Source: an uncultured Pelagibacteraceae bacterium (GTDB lineage: Bacteria; Pseudomonadota; Alphaproteobacteria; Pelagibacterales; Pelagibacteraceae). Taken from it: a DNA stretch of 64,000 nucleotides. The first letter of the stretch is position 1. Every line of letters begins with the position of its first letter. The stretch spans positions 55,760 through 119,759 of the forward strand of contig CACKFY010000002.1 of assembly GCA_902599495.1 (NCBI GenBank), given 5' to 3'. The notes under the pieces were generated by a model. That model was not told the DNA's origin, did not search any database, and saw only the letters and a list, made by a program, of their open reading frames with translations. Positions 39,768-50,423 of this stretch are shown piece after piece. A program made the translations under genes and the position numbers.

Positions 39768-42020
39768 TTATTTAAAAAATTCCTCAATTTTAACTGGTTC
39801 TTTACTAATCATGTATTTATATACATTAACGTTTTCCAGAACTCTTTGAACATAATTCCTAGTTTCTTTAAACCTTATTAATTCAATCCAGTCTATATAA
39901 CTTAATTGATTTTTAGTTGGATCACCATTAACTCTTCTCCAAGTTTTTACCCTATTAGGTCCCGCGTTATAGGCTGCTATTGCGAATGGATAAACTCCGT
40001 TATAATCCGTTAATAATCCGTCAAAATAATAAGACCCTAATTTTATATTATAAATAGGATCATCTGTTAAACCACTAATGCTATAAGGCAGCTTTGCTTG
40101 TTTTGCTACAATCTTTGCGGTGTATTTCATTAACTGCATCATGCCTCTAGCACCAGCATAACTGTTTGCTTTACTATCGAATTCACTTTCTTGTCTTATA
40201 ATAGCGTGTATCATTTCACTTGGTGGCATAGGTTTGTTGTTAATTTCTCTTGGCGTTGAAATAATCGGATAGTTATATTTTAAATAAAATCTTTTTTCAT
40301 AGGAAGCTCTTTTTGAAATTTGAATAGCAAAATCATATCTCTCTATCTCTGTAGATAACTTTGCCGCTAATACTTCGCTACCTTGCTCAATATTTAAATT
40401 TGCTAGATGTTTAAGCACATCTTTTGAATATTTTGTGTGATCTAGCTCTTTAAGAATTTTAATAATTCTAACAAGTCTATTTTTTGAAAATTCTTTCTCA
40501 TAATCTTTGGAATATGAAGCATCTTCTTTTAAAATAAATTCTCCTCCATAATTAATTTCTTTGAAACTCAGCTGCCCATAATATGTTGTTAAAAATTTCG
40601 AGCCAGCTTTAAAATATTCTTCAGCTTTTTTTGTGTTACCGGTTTCTTGATATGACTTTCCTAACCAGTAAGCACCTCTTGCTACACTAATAGGATAACT
40701 TACATTGTCATAAAAATTTAAAAAATGGTTTATAGCATATTCTTGTGATTTAAGGAATGAATGAGCAATCCAACCCGCTAACCATTCAGCTTCTGCAAAT
40801 TCTGGCCCTGATGAAAGTGAGTGTTCACTTGCTACTTTATAAGCAGTTTTATACCTTTTTTTATAAATTAAACTTCTAACTATACTTTCTCTTTGTTTCC
40901 ACCATAGGTCAGCTCTTACTAATTCTTCCTCTGATTTATTTGAATTATCGTAAAGTATTTGAAGAGAAGACTCTAATCTTCCTCTTCTGTTTCTCCATTT
41001 TAATCTATCGTATTCAAGTCCAATATCTTTTTTAAATCTATCAGGAACTTTTGCAATAGCATTATCAACTCCGTAAGAGTTACTCATTAATATTTGTCTG
41101 GCGTTATATAAGGCTTTAAAATCTGATGGCAAATAAACAAGCATTCTCTTAAGGTCCCAATATTTTCTGTTCCAGGCCAAATAATCTGCTCTTTTAATAT
41201 GATCTTCACTATCTAATATTGATTTGAATTTCTTTCGATAAAATCTTAATTGACTCTTACTTAAATCTGCATTTATCCAACCTTCCTTTACTAATTCTTT
41301 AGAATTATTAATATCTTTAAGATCAAAATATGCTTCACCTAATTTTAGTTTTCCTGTACCGCTAACAGGCGGAAAATCTTCAAACCATCTAATTATATTT
41401 TTAGGAGAGGAATTTTTGAGATAAATCTTTTGTTCAGCTAAATATTGTAATCTTCCTATTCTTGGAAAATCTGAGTTATTTCTTATAAAGGTTTCATATG
41501 TTGAAAATGTTGCATTGTTTGAACTTTTCATCAAATAAAGCCACTGAACAAACAATTTAAAGTCTTTATCTTTTATTTTTTCAGAGGTTTTGTATCCTGT
41601 AATCACTTTTCCTGATTTAATTTGACTAAATGCTATTTTTGCCCTTTCAAAATCTTTTTGACTTAGAAATTTTGATTTTTTAACTGACGCAGTTGTTTTT
41701 CTAATTGTTTTTGGTTTTTTTTGGGGTAATACAAAGGCATCAGTAGTAATTTTTTTTTCAATTTTTTTTACTATTTTTTCTGCTTCCTTTACTTTTATTT
41801 TGTCTTTTTCTTTAGATTCTTCTTTTTTTTGAATAGTTTCAGTTTTAATAATTGGCTTTGACTGAGGTAATAAGTCTTTATTTGTTGTTTTAGGTTTTTC
41901 AATCTTTTTAAAAACTGAAGGTTTGTCTTTAGGTAATATGAAATTTTCATCAGCTAAACTGATGTGATTTGTATCAATTAAAAGCAATAAAATAGCTAGA
42001 CTAATTAATCGAATAAGCAT
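39768..42020 (-). CDS. slt: Soluble lytic murein transglycosylase (Slt70-like)
   Basis: AIIRQESEF, GARGMMQLM, AAYNAGP, ETRNYVQRV; signal peptide. Confidence 0.93.
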   Translation of the reverse strand: MLIRLISLAILLLLIDTNHISLADENFILPKDKPSVFKKIEKPKTTNKDLLPQSKPIIKTETIQKKEESKEKDKIKVKEAEKIVKKIEKKITTDAFVLPQKKPKTIRKTTASVKKSKFLSQKDFERAKIAFSQIKSGKVITGYKTSEKIKDKDFKLFVQWLYLMKSSNNATFSTYETFIRNNSDFPRIGRLQYLAEQKIYLKNSSPKNIIRWFEDFPPVSGTGKLKLGEAYFDLKDINNSKELVKEGWINADLSKSQLRFYRKKFKSILDSEDHIKRADYLAWNRKYWDLKRMLVYLPSDFKALYNARQILMSNSYGVDNAIAKVPDRFKKDIGLEYDRLKWRNRRGRLESSLQILYDNSNKSEEELVRADLWWKQRESIVRSLIYKKRYKTAYKVASEHSLSSGPEFAEAEWLAGWIAHSFLKSQEYAINHFLNFYDNVSYPISVARGAYWLGKSYQETGNTKKAEEYFKAGSKFLTTYYGQLSFKEINYGGEFILKEDASYSKDYEKEFSKNRLVRIIKILKELDHTKYSKDVLKHLANLNIEQGSEVLAAKLSTEIERYDFAIQISKRASYEKRFYLKYNYPIISTPREINNKPMPPSEMIHAIIRQESEFDSKANSYAGARGMMQLMKYTAKIVAKQAKLPYSISGLTDDPIYNIKLGSYYFDGLLTDYNGVYPFAIAAYNAGPNRVKTWRRVNGDPTKNQLSYIDWIELIRFKETRNYVQRVLENVNVYKYMISKEPVKIEEFFK

Positions 42021-42053
42021 AAAAATAGATAATAATTAATCTTATATTGATTT

Positions 42054-42926
42054 ATGTTCAAAGGTTCAATCGTAGCGTTAATAACACCGTTTAAAAATAA
42101 TAAATTAGACGAGGCCAATTACATTGAAATATTACACCATCATCTAAAAAACGGCACAAATGGTGTTGTACCAGCCGGCACAACCGGTGAGTCTCCAACT
42201 TTATCTCATATTGAACATAAAAAAGTTATTGAGATAGCGGTTAAAGAATGTAAGGATAAAATTCCAGTTATAGCTGGTACTGGCTCTAACTCAACTTCAG
42301 AAGCAATAGAACTTTCGAAACATGCAGAAAGCGCTGGTGCAGATGGTCTTTTAATTGTAACTCCCTATTATAATAAGCCAACTCAAGAGGGGCTATACCA
42401 ACATTACAAATCAATTAACGACAGTGTAGGCATTCCAATTATCATTTATAATATACCCTCTAGATCTGTCGTTGATATGTCAGTAGACACAATGGCGAGA
42501 TTATATGAGTTAAAAAACATTAAAGGCGTAAAAGATGCTACAGGTGATTTAAACAGAGTAACTATGCAGCTAAGCAAAATGGGAAAAGAGTTTATTCAAT
42601 TAACCGGAGAGGATGATAATGCACTCGAATTTAATAAAAGAGGAGGCGTTGGTTGCATAAGTGTTACCGCTAACGTAGCAACAAAACTCTGTGCAAATTT
42701 TCATAAAGCCTCCTTATCAAAAGACAACGAAACTGCACTATCGATTAATAAGCTTTTATCTCCGTTGCACAAAGCACTCTTTATTGAAAGCAATCCTTCA
42801 CCAGTAAAATACGCTGCATCTCTTTTAAAACTTTCTCCGGCAGATGTAAGATTGCCTTTGGTACAAGTAACAGAAAAAACAAAAAAAGAAGTAGAAAAAG
42901 CACTTAAATTTGCAAAACTACTCTAA
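42054..42926 (+). CDS. dapA: 4-hydroxy-tetrahydrodipicolinate synthase
   Basis: [42 protein letters not shown]. Confidence 0.97.
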   Translation: MFKGSIVALITPFKNNKLDEANYIEILHHHLKNGTNGVVPAGTTGESPTLSHIEHKKVIEIAVKECKDKIPVIAGTGSNSTSEAIELSKHAESAGADGLLIVTPYYNKPTQEGLYQHYKSINDSVGIPIIIYNIPSRSVVDMSVDTMARLYELKNIKGVKDATGDLNRVTMQLSKMGKEFIQLTGEDDNALEFNKRGGVGCISVTANVATKLCANFHKASLSKDNETALSINKLLSPLHKALFIESNPSPVKYAASLLKLSPADVRLPLVQVTEKTKKEVEKALKFAKLL

Positions 42927-43396
42927 TGAAATCAAAAAATGTTTCTCAAAAAATTATTTGCCTAAACCGCAAAGCAAGTTTTAATTACTATTTTAAAGAA
43001 TTATATGAAGCAGGAATTGTATTAAAAGGATCCGAGGTGAAATCATTAAGAATTGGAAAAGGAAGTATTGCCGACTCTTACGCTGTGGATATAGGAGGTG
43101 AAATATTTTTAATCAATTCACATATTCCGCTATACAAGCAATCCTCATACAACAATCATGATCCAAAAAGAGAGAGAAAATTACTACTTTCAAAAAAACA
43201 AATTAATACTTTAATTGGTAGAATTAATCAGGAAGGAATGACTATTGTGCCAACAAAAATGTATTTTTATAAAGGAAAAGCAAAAATACAAGTAGCTGTA
43301 GGTAAAGGAAAAAAATTATATGATAAAAGATTAGTTAAGAAAAAAAGAGATTGGCAGAGAGAAAAAGCAAAAATTTTTAGTAGAAAAAACAAATGA
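42926..43396 (+). CDS. smpB: SsrA-binding protein
   Basis: [36 protein letters not shown]. Confidence 0.97.
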   Translation: MKSKNVSQKIICLNRKASFNYYFKELYEAGIVLKGSEVKSLRIGKGSIADSYAVDIGGEIFLINSHIPLYKQSSYNNHDPKRERKLLLSKKQINTLIGRINQEGMTIVPTKMYFYKGKAKIQVAVGKGKKLYDKRLVKKKRDWQREKAKIFSRKNK

Positions 43397-43905
43397 TTTA
43401 TTTAAACATTGGGTCAAATCTTCCGTTAGAAGAGGGAGGTAGAAAAAACAATATATTAAAAGCAATAAACTACTTAAAGAATTTAAATTTAAAGTTAATA
43501 AAAATATCGAGTTTTTATGAAACTCCATCATACCCAAATAGTTCAGATCCAAAATTTTTAAATCTATGTGTCAAATTTGAAAGCAACCTTAAAGCAACTG
43601 AGCTACTCAATGAATTAAAAAAAATTGAAAAAAAACTCGGAAGAACTCGGAATGAAAAGAATGAGCCAAGAACATGTGATATAGATATAATTGATTTTAA
43701 CGGTGAAATTATTAAAAATGACGAACTAGAAACACCACACCCAAGGCTACATTTAAGAAACTTTGTAATTTACCCTTTAAAAGAGATTGAGCCTAATTGG
43801 TTTCATCCAAAATATAATAAAAATATAGATAGTTTTTTTAAAGAATTAGATAAAAATTCCCATAATGAGATTACAAGACTTATTAAAAGTGATATAATGA
43901 ATTAA
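43393..43905 (+). CDS. folK: HPPK, 6-hydroxymethyldihydropterin diphosphokinase
   Basis: [34 protein letters not shown]. Confidence 0.95.
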   Translation: MIYLNIGSNLPLEEGGRKNNILKAINYLKNLNLKLIKISSFYETPSYPNSSDPKFLNLCVKFESNLKATELLNELKKIEKKLGRTRNEKNEPRTCDIDIIDFNGEIIKNDELETPHPRLHLRNFVIYPLKEIEPNWFHPKYNKNIDSFFKELDKNSHNEITRLIKSDIMN

Positions 43906-45650
43906 TGATTAATAACAATGAATTAATAAATGAAATTAAGTCTTATAATAAATTTTTAAACCATGACTCACTAAATAAGGCATTTAAATTTGCAATTGAC
44001 GCTCATAAAAACCAAAAAAGGGATGAAGGTGTTCCATACATTATTCACCCAGTGGCTGTAGCAAAAATTCTCACAGATTTAAAACTTGATAGTGCAACTA
44101 TTACTACTGGATTGTTACATGACACAATCGAAGATACTAAAGTAACTTATGAAACAGTTAAAAAGGAATTTGGCGAAGAGGTAGCAAATTTAGTTGACGG
44201 AGTTACTAAAATTTCTGCTCTTGAAGATAAAGCTTCAAGTGACTCTAAAGCTGAAAATTTTAGAAAGTTAATCTTAGCAACTTCTAAAGATATCCGTGTA
44301 TTATTAGTAAAATTAGCAGATAGACTACACAACATGAGAACTATCAAATTTGTTAAAGCCAAAGAAAAAATGGTGCGAAAAGCTAAGGAGACCATGGAAA
44401 TTTATGCACCTTTAGCAGATAGAATGGGAATGAATAGGATACGAGATGAGTTAGAGGATTTATCTTTTGAAATTTTAAACAAGAAAGCAAGGGATTTGAT
44501 ACAAGAAAGACTTAAATTTATTAAAAACAATAGAGATGATAATTTTAAAATAATTTCAGTAGATTTAATTAATCTACTAAAAGAAAATGGTGTCACGGCT
44601 AAAATAGCAGGGAGAGAAAAAACTCCTTTTTCAATTTGGCGTAAGATGCAAAACAAAAAAATATCTTTAGAACAATTGACTGACATTGTAGGTTTTAGAA
44701 TTTTATTAAATTCTATTGAGGATTGTTATAAAACTCTTGGTATTTTACATTCCAAATACTCTGCAATTCCAGGGAAATTTAAAGATTATATTTCTACACC
44801 TAAAATCAATAAGTATAAATCTATCCATACTGCTTTAATAGGTCCATATAAACAAAGAATTGAAGTACAAATAAGAACTTATGAGATGCATGAGTTCGCT
44901 GAAAGAGGTATCGCATCTCATTGGAAATACAAATCTTCAGAAAAATTTTCTGAACTTTCTTGGAAAGAATATGATTGGCTAAGAGATTTAGTTGAAATTA
45001 TTGAAACAGGAAATAGTCCTGAGCATTATTATGAATTTACAAAATTACAAATGTTTCAAGATAACGTTTTTTGTTTTACGCCCAAAGGAGCAGTAATTAA
45101 ATTACCTAAAAATGGCACCCCAATAGACTTTGCTTATGCTGTTCACACTAAAGTTGGCGATACAGCTATAGGATGTGAAATTAATGGTAAAGAAATGCCG
45201 GTCCAAACGATACTTAAAAATGGAGATATGGTTAAAATTCTTACATCTTCTAATGTTTCACCTTCTCTACATTGGTTGTCATCTTCAAAAACTGGAAAGG
45301 CACGTGCTTCAATAAGAAAGTATTGGCAAGGTAGGAGTAATAAACAGCAGGACGAGGAAAAAGTTTATAATACATCTTTAATAATTGACTTGCCCCACAA
45401 TCCTGGTGTTTTAGGTGAAATAAGTACTTTAATTGGTCTCAACAAAAGCAATATTGTGAATATTGAACTTTTAAAAAGAAAAGAAGATTATTTACAATTT
45501 TCTTTCGATATTCAGATTAAAGATTTGAAAAATTTTACAAACTTGATAAGTCAGATCAAGCAAAAAGATTATAAATTTAAAATAGTAAGACATAAAAATA
45601 AAAAAAATGCTTTCCTACAAAGAATCTTTGAAAATTTTAAAAGAAGCTAA
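43905..45650 (+). CDS. spoT: Bifunctional (p)ppGpp synthetase/hydrolase, shortened CTD
   Basis: PYIIHP, LLHDTIED, KLADRLHNMRT, GREK, EVQIRT; TGS DFAYAVHT; ACT at the end. Confidence 0.95.
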   Translation: MINNNELINEIKSYNKFLNHDSLNKAFKFAIDAHKNQKRDEGVPYIIHPVAVAKILTDLKLDSATITTGLLHDTIEDTKVTYETVKKEFGEEVANLVDGVTKISALEDKASSDSKAENFRKLILATSKDIRVLLVKLADRLHNMRTIKFVKAKEKMVRKAKETMEIYAPLADRMGMNRIRDELEDLSFEILNKKARDLIQERLKFIKNNRDDNFKIISVDLINLLKENGVTAKIAGREKTPFSIWRKMQNKKISLEQLTDIVGFRILLNSIEDCYKTLGILHSKYSAIPGKFKDYISTPKINKYKSIHTALIGPYKQRIEVQIRTYEMHEFAERGIASHWKYKSSEKFSELSWKEYDWLRDLVEIIETGNSPEHYYEFTKLQMFQDNVFCFTPKGAVIKLPKNGTPIDFAYAVHTKVGDTAIGCEINGKEMPVQTILKNGDMVKILTSSNVSPSLHWLSSSKTGKARASIRKYWQGRSNKQQDEEKVYNTSLIIDLPHNPGVLGEISTLIGLNKSNIVNIELLKRKEDYLQFSFDIQIKDLKNFTNLISQIKQKDYKFKIVRHKNKKNAFLQRIFENFKRS

Positions 45651-46188
45651 TGCCCTTATAGAGGGTCATTTTATATTATCTTCAGGATTACACAGTCCAC
45701 AATACGTTCAATGTGCTCAATTAATGAGTAAACCAGACAAAGCAAAAAAGATTTGCGAGTCTCTTTCAGAAAAAATCAATAGTGAATTTAAAGAATTCGA
45801 TATTATATTATCTCCTGCTATGGGAGGCATAGTAATTGGCTATGAAATTGGTAGATTGTTAAATAAAGAGACTATTTTTTCTGAAAGAGTTAATGGAGAA
45901 TTTAAACTAAGAAGAGATTTTATAATAAAAAAAAATCAAAAAGTTTTAATTGTAGAAGATGTTATTACTACAGGAAAATCAAGTTTAGAATGCTCAAAAC
46001 TAGTATTAGATAATGGAGCAAATATTGTTGGATATGCATGTTTGATTAACAGGTCTAATGGAAAATCTTCTTTGAAAGGAAAAATTGTTTCACAGGTTGA
46101 TTTAAATATTCCAACATACACAAAGAAAAATTTACCAAGTAGCTTATCAGCTCTTAAAGCGGTTAAACCTGGAAGCAGAAATCTTTAA
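45607..46188 (+). CDS. pyrE: Orotate phosphoribosyltransferase
   Basis: GHFILSSGLHS, PAMGGI, VEDVITTG. Confidence 0.95.
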   Translation: MLSYKESLKILKEANALIEGHFILSSGLHSPQYVQCAQLMSKPDKAKKICESLSEKINSEFKEFDIILSPAMGGIVIGYEIGRLLNKETIFSERVNGEFKLRRDFIIKKNQKVLIVEDVITTGKSSLECSKLVLDNGANIVGYACLINRSNGKSSLKGKIVSQVDLNIPTYTKKNLPSSLSALKAVKPGSRNL

Positions 46189-46913
46189 TGAGTAAAATCA
46201 GACTTGGAGTAAATATAGATCATGTTGCAACTGTAAGAAACGCAAGAGGGGAAACTTATCCTAGCCCATTGAGAGCAGCTTTATTGGCTCAGAAGAGCGG
46301 GGCTGAGTCTGTTACAATACATTTAAGAGAAGATAGACGTCACATAAGAGAATTCGATCTTAAAGAAATTAAATCGAAATTAAAAATTCCACTTAATCTA
46401 GAAATAGCCGCTACGAACGAAATGCTGAAAATAGCTTTAAAAAGCAAACCGGATTTTATTTGTATCGTTCCAGAGAAAAGGCAAGAATTAACTACAGAAG
46501 GTGGTTTAAATTTAAGCCATAGGAATAGGTTTTTGAATAAATTGATAAAAAAACTAAAAAAAAATAGATTTAGAGTGAGTTTATTTATTGAACCTAGCAT
46601 TCAAGATATTAAAAAGTCACAAGAATTAAATGTTGATTGCGTAGAAATTCACACAGGGAGATTTTGCAATCTTGTTAATGACAATAAAAATTTCAACAAC
46701 GAACTTAATAGGATTAAAAAAGCTGTTGTTTTAGGTAATAAATTAGGTTTAGAGGTACATGCAGGCCATGGTCTGACGTTTAAATCTGCTAAAATATTAA
46801 AAAAAGTCAAAGGAATTAAAGAATTTAATATTGGACATTTTTTAATTGGAGAGTCAATTTTTGAAGGTTTAAGCAAAACTATTAAAAAATTTAAAAGGAT
46901 TTTGCATAAATGA
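46188..46913 (+). CDS. pdxJ: Pyridoxine 5'-phosphate synthase
   Basis: LGVNIDHVATVRNAR, HLREDRRHI, HAGHGL, EFNIGH. Confidence 0.97.
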   Translation: MSKIRLGVNIDHVATVRNARGETYPSPLRAALLAQKSGAESVTIHLREDRRHIREFDLKEIKSKLKIPLNLEIAATNEMLKIALKSKPDFICIVPEKRQELTTEGGLNLSHRNRFLNKLIKKLKKNRFRVSLFIEPSIQDIKKSQELNVDCVEIHTGRFCNLVNDNKNFNNELNRIKKAVVLGNKLGLEVHAGHGLTFKSAKILKKVKGIKEFNIGHFLIGESIFEGLSKTIKKFKRILHK

Positions 46914-47293
46914 AACTATTCGGTGTTGGCACTGATATAATACAAGTAAATAGATTAAAAAAATCTCTTAACAAAAAACCATTTTTATCAAGAATATACA
47001 GCAAAGAAGAAATTTTAAAGTGTAAAAGAAGTAAAGTAAATTCTAATTGTTTTGCAAAAAGATTTGCTGCTAAAGAGGCATTCTCAAAAGCTTTAGGAAC
47101 AGGTATATCTAAAGGTATTAGTTTCAATGAAATCGTCGTTTTAAATGAAAAATCTGGTAAACCATATATAAAGTTGATTAATAAGACAAAAAAAATTGTT
47201 GAGAGAAAACTAAAAAAAAAAATATATAAAATCTCTTTGTCAATTGCTGACGAAAAAGATTATGCCGTTGCGTTTGTTACAATTTCAATATGA
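46910..47293 (+). CDS. acpS: Holo-ACP synthase
   Basis: GVGTDII, AKRFAAKEAFSKALGTG, GKP. Confidence 0.96.
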   Translation: MKLFGVGTDIIQVNRLKKSLNKKPFLSRIYSKEEILKCKRSKVNSNCFAKRFAAKEAFSKALGTGISKGISFNEIVVLNEKSGKPYIKLINKTKKIVERKLKKKIYKISLSIADEKDYAVAFVTISI

Positions 47294-48027
47294 AAAAAAA
47301 TATAAAAAATGTTGTAATAGATAATATCAAAACTCTTATTTATGCGCTTATTATTGCTGTGCTTTTAAGATCTTTGTTGTATCAGCCTTTTTATATTCCA
47401 TCCTCATCAATGGAACCAACTTTACTTGTTGGTGATAGATTATTTGTTTCTAAATTCGCTTATGGCTATAGCAAACATTCATTTCCATTTAGTCCACCCC
47501 TATATAAAAAAAGAATATTTTTCAAAGAACCTCAAAGAGGGGATCTAGTTGTCTTTAAAACACCCTCAGACAATAGAACTGATTACATAAAAAGATTAAT
47601 AGGTAAGCCGGGTGATACCCTACAATTTATAAATGGAGATATTTATTTAAATAAAAATAAAATAATAAAAAATAAAGTAGATGAAAGTATGAGTATTAGA
47701 TGTGGTAAAATAAATTTTCCTGTAAAAATTTATGAGGAAACATTACCAAACGGAGTAAAATATAAAGCCGTCTATAATAGTGCTGGAACACTTCAAAATA
47801 CAGATGTGTACACAGTACCAGATAACAATTATTTTTTACTAGGTGATAATAGAGACTGTTCAAAGGATAGCAGATTTTTATCCGAAGTAGGCTATGTAAA
47901 TAAGTTAAATTTAGTTGGAAAAGCAGAACTAATTTTTTTTTCAAATGATACATTAAAGAGCAGCGTTTTAAAATTTTGGAATTGGAAAGACTCTTTTAGA
48001 TTTAAAAGAACTTTTAAAAAATTATGA
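47290..48027 (+). CDS. lepB: Signal peptidase I
   Basis: IPSSSMEPTL, DYIKRLIG, GDNRDCSKDSR. Confidence 0.97.
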   Translation: MKKNIKNVVIDNIKTLIYALIIAVLLRSLLYQPFYIPSSSMEPTLLVGDRLFVSKFAYGYSKHSFPFSPPLYKKRIFFKEPQRGDLVVFKTPSDNRTDYIKRLIGKPGDTLQFINGDIYLNKNKIIKNKVDESMSIRCGKINFPVKIYEETLPNGVKYKAVYNSAGTLQNTDVYTVPDNNYFLLGDNRDCSKDSRFLSEVGYVNKLNLVGKAELIFFSNDTLKSSVLKFWNWKDSFRFKRTFKKL

Positions 48028-48689
48028 TAAGTAGATTTAAAGATTTAGAAGAGGTTATTAAATATAAATTTAATTCTAAAGACCTATTGACACGGTGTTT
48101 AACCCACAAAAGCTATGATGAAAATATTAATAATGAAAAACTTGAATTTTTAGGCGATAGAGTATTAGGATTAATCATTTCAAAAAATCTATTATCAAAA
48201 TATCCTAATGAGAATGAGGGAATAATTGATAAAAAATACGCAAATTTAGTAAACAAAAAAAAATGTTCAGAAATAGCTAGCGAGATAAACTTAAAAAAAT
48301 ATATGTTGTTGGGGACAAATTATAAAAAAAAAGATCAAAAACACGAAAAAATTTCAGGAGATTGTCTTGAAGCTTTAATTGGAGCAATCTTTATTGATGG
48401 ATCACTTAAAAATGCTGAGAGATTTATTTTGAACTATTGGGAGTCCTCACTTAAAAAATCTGATTTCACTATTGTTGATTCAAAAACAAAACTACAAGAA
48501 TATAGTTTAAAAAAGTACAAAAAACTTCCTACATATACATTATTAAAAACGATAGGACCTCATCATAAACCAATATTTAAAGTTACTGCAAAAACACCCA
48601 ACTCAAAAAAAGTTATTGGAACCGGTCCGTCTAAAAAAGAAGCTCAACAAAATGCAGCTAAAAAACTAATTGAGGATTTAAAAATATGA
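48024..48689 (+). CDS. rnc: Ribonuclease III
   Basis: NEKLEFLGDRVL, DCLEALIGAI; dsRBD KTKLQE...KKEAQQNAA. Confidence 0.97.
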   Translation: MISRFKDLEEVIKYKFNSKDLLTRCLTHKSYDENINNEKLEFLGDRVLGLIISKNLLSKYPNENEGIIDKKYANLVNKKKCSEIASEINLKKYMLLGTNYKKKDQKHEKISGDCLEALIGAIFIDGSLKNAERFILNYWESSLKKSDFTIVDSKTKLQEYSLKKYKKLPTYTLLKTIGPHHKPIFKVTAKTPNSKKVIGTGPSKKEAQQNAAKKLIEDLKI

Positions 48690-49354
48690 TCTGGGAAGAT
48701 GAAGGTTACTTAATCAAAAAAAAAAAATTTCGAGAGAATTCTGTCATAATAAGTGTATTTACACAAAAACACGGTAAAATGACGGGGATAGTTTACGGGG
48801 GCACTTCTAGAAAAATTAAAAACTACCTTCAAATTGGAAATAAAATATTTATTATTCACAATTCTAAAAATCGCAACAAACTGGGTTATCTAAAAACTGA
48901 AATAATAGAAGCTATTAGCCCAAAATACTTTAATGATAAAAAAAGATCGTACGTTCTATTGTCGATAACTGAACTTCTAAACTCTTTATTACCTGATGAG
49001 GAGACACATGAAAACATATACCTGTCTCTCAATAATTTGATTAATAACCTAGACAATAAAAATTGGCCGCTTATTTATTCATTTTGGGAAATAAATCTTA
49101 TTAAAGAACTTGGTTTTGGATTTAAAATAGGTAGAACTAATTCTTCCCAAGATATTCTGCCAATAAAAATTGATAATATTATTTATAAAGTCCCAAAGTT
49201 TATAATAAATGAGGAGATACCTGAGAATTTTTCTAAAGACACTATTAATCAGGCATTATCTTTTACTAGAAATTTACTTTTAAATAAATTTTACATTCCT
49301 AACAATTTGTTTTTGCCAAAGTCTCGAGTGATTTTTGAAAATTATTTTTCCTAA
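48686..49354 (+). CDS. recO: DNA repair protein RecO
   Basis: MIWEDEG, FTQKHG, LQIGN, ELGFG; synteny after rnc. Confidence 0.85.
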   Translation: MIWEDEGYLIKKKKFRENSVIISVFTQKHGKMTGIVYGGTSRKIKNYLQIGNKIFIIHNSKNRNKLGYLKTEIIEAISPKYFNDKKRSYVLLSITELLNSLLPDEETHENIYLSLNNLINNLDNKNWPLIYSFWEINLIKELGFGFKIGRTNSSQDILPIKIDNIIYKVPKFIINEEIPENFSKDTINQALSFTRNLLLNKFYIPNNLFLPKSRVIFENYFS

Positions 49355-50346
49355 TTAGAATTTATTTTTTTTGCTATATCCAATGCAAAGTATGTAACTA
49401 TAGCATTAGATCCTGCTCTTTTAAGAGATATTAAACTTTCATATATTGCATTCTGATCTAAATTCTTATTTTTAATAGCATTTACAATCATCGCGTACTC
49501 ACCAGATACTTGATAAGAAAATACAGGTACCTTAAAATTTTGTTTTATTAAACTTATTATATCCAAATAAGGCATACCAGGCTTTACCATGACGAAATCA
49601 GCACCTTCTTTTATATCCAGGCCTACCTCTCTAAAAGCTTCATTATAATTTCTTATATCCATTTGATAAGTTTTTTTGTTTCCTTTTAATTTTTTTTTAG
49701 AACCGACTGCATCTCTAAATGGTCCATAAAAGTTAGAAGCATATTTAACAGCATAAGATAAAATTTTAATATCCTTGAGTTTGTGTTTATCCAAAGACTT
49801 TCTGATTAAACCAATTCTTCCATCCATCATATCTGATGGAGCAATCACATCTGATCCCATAGAGGCTTGTAAAATAGCTTGTTTTTCTAATAACTTTAGA
49901 GTTTCATCATTATCAATTTTATTGTTAATAATTACTCCATCATGACCATGAGATGTATAAGGATCCAATGCCACATCAGTCATTATTCCGAAATCTTTAT
50001 ATTTTTTTTTGATAGCTCGTATAGCTCTACAAACTAAATTATTTTCATTTAAGGCTTCAGACCCATTTTTATTTTTTTTACTGTTAGGAGTATAAGGAAA
50101 TAGTGCGATCATAGGAATTTTGAAATCTTCAGCCTTATCTAAAACATTTGTTAGTCTATCTAATGAATATCTATTTATACCTGGCATACTCTTAATTTTT
50201 TCTATTTTATTTTTTCCTTCCCTTAAAAATATCGGTAAAATTAAATCGTTAACCGATAAGTTGTTTTCAGAAATGAGTCTTCTAACCCAATCTGAGTTGC
50301 GAACTCTTCTCAATCTTGTTGATGGAAATTTCCCTAAAATCTTCAT
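49351..50346 (-). CDS. hemB: Porphobilinogen synthase (Zn-independent type)
   Basis: RLRR, DVALDPYTSHGHDG, APSDMMDGR, YGPFRDA, MVKPG, YQVSGEY. Confidence 0.97.
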   Translation of the reverse strand: MKILGKFPSTRLRRVRNSDWVRRLISENNLSVNDLILPIFLREGKNKIEKIKSMPGINRYSLDRLTNVLDKAEDFKIPMIALFPYTPNSKKNKNGSEALNENNLVCRAIRAIKKKYKDFGIMTDVALDPYTSHGHDGVIINNKIDNDETLKLLEKQAILQASMGSDVIAPSDMMDGRIGLIRKSLDKHKLKDIKILSYAVKYASNFYGPFRDAVGSKKKLKGNKKTYQMDIRNYNEAFREVGLDIKEGADFVMVKPGMPYLDIISLIKQNFKVPVFSYQVSGEYAMIVNAIKNKNLDQNAIYESLISLKRAGSNAIVTYFALDIAKKINSN

Positions 50347-50423
50347 TTTTTAATTATTGTAATATTTTTTATGCGACAAATATATTATTATACCTTATAA
50401 GCAAAGTAATTTATTAAATAAAT

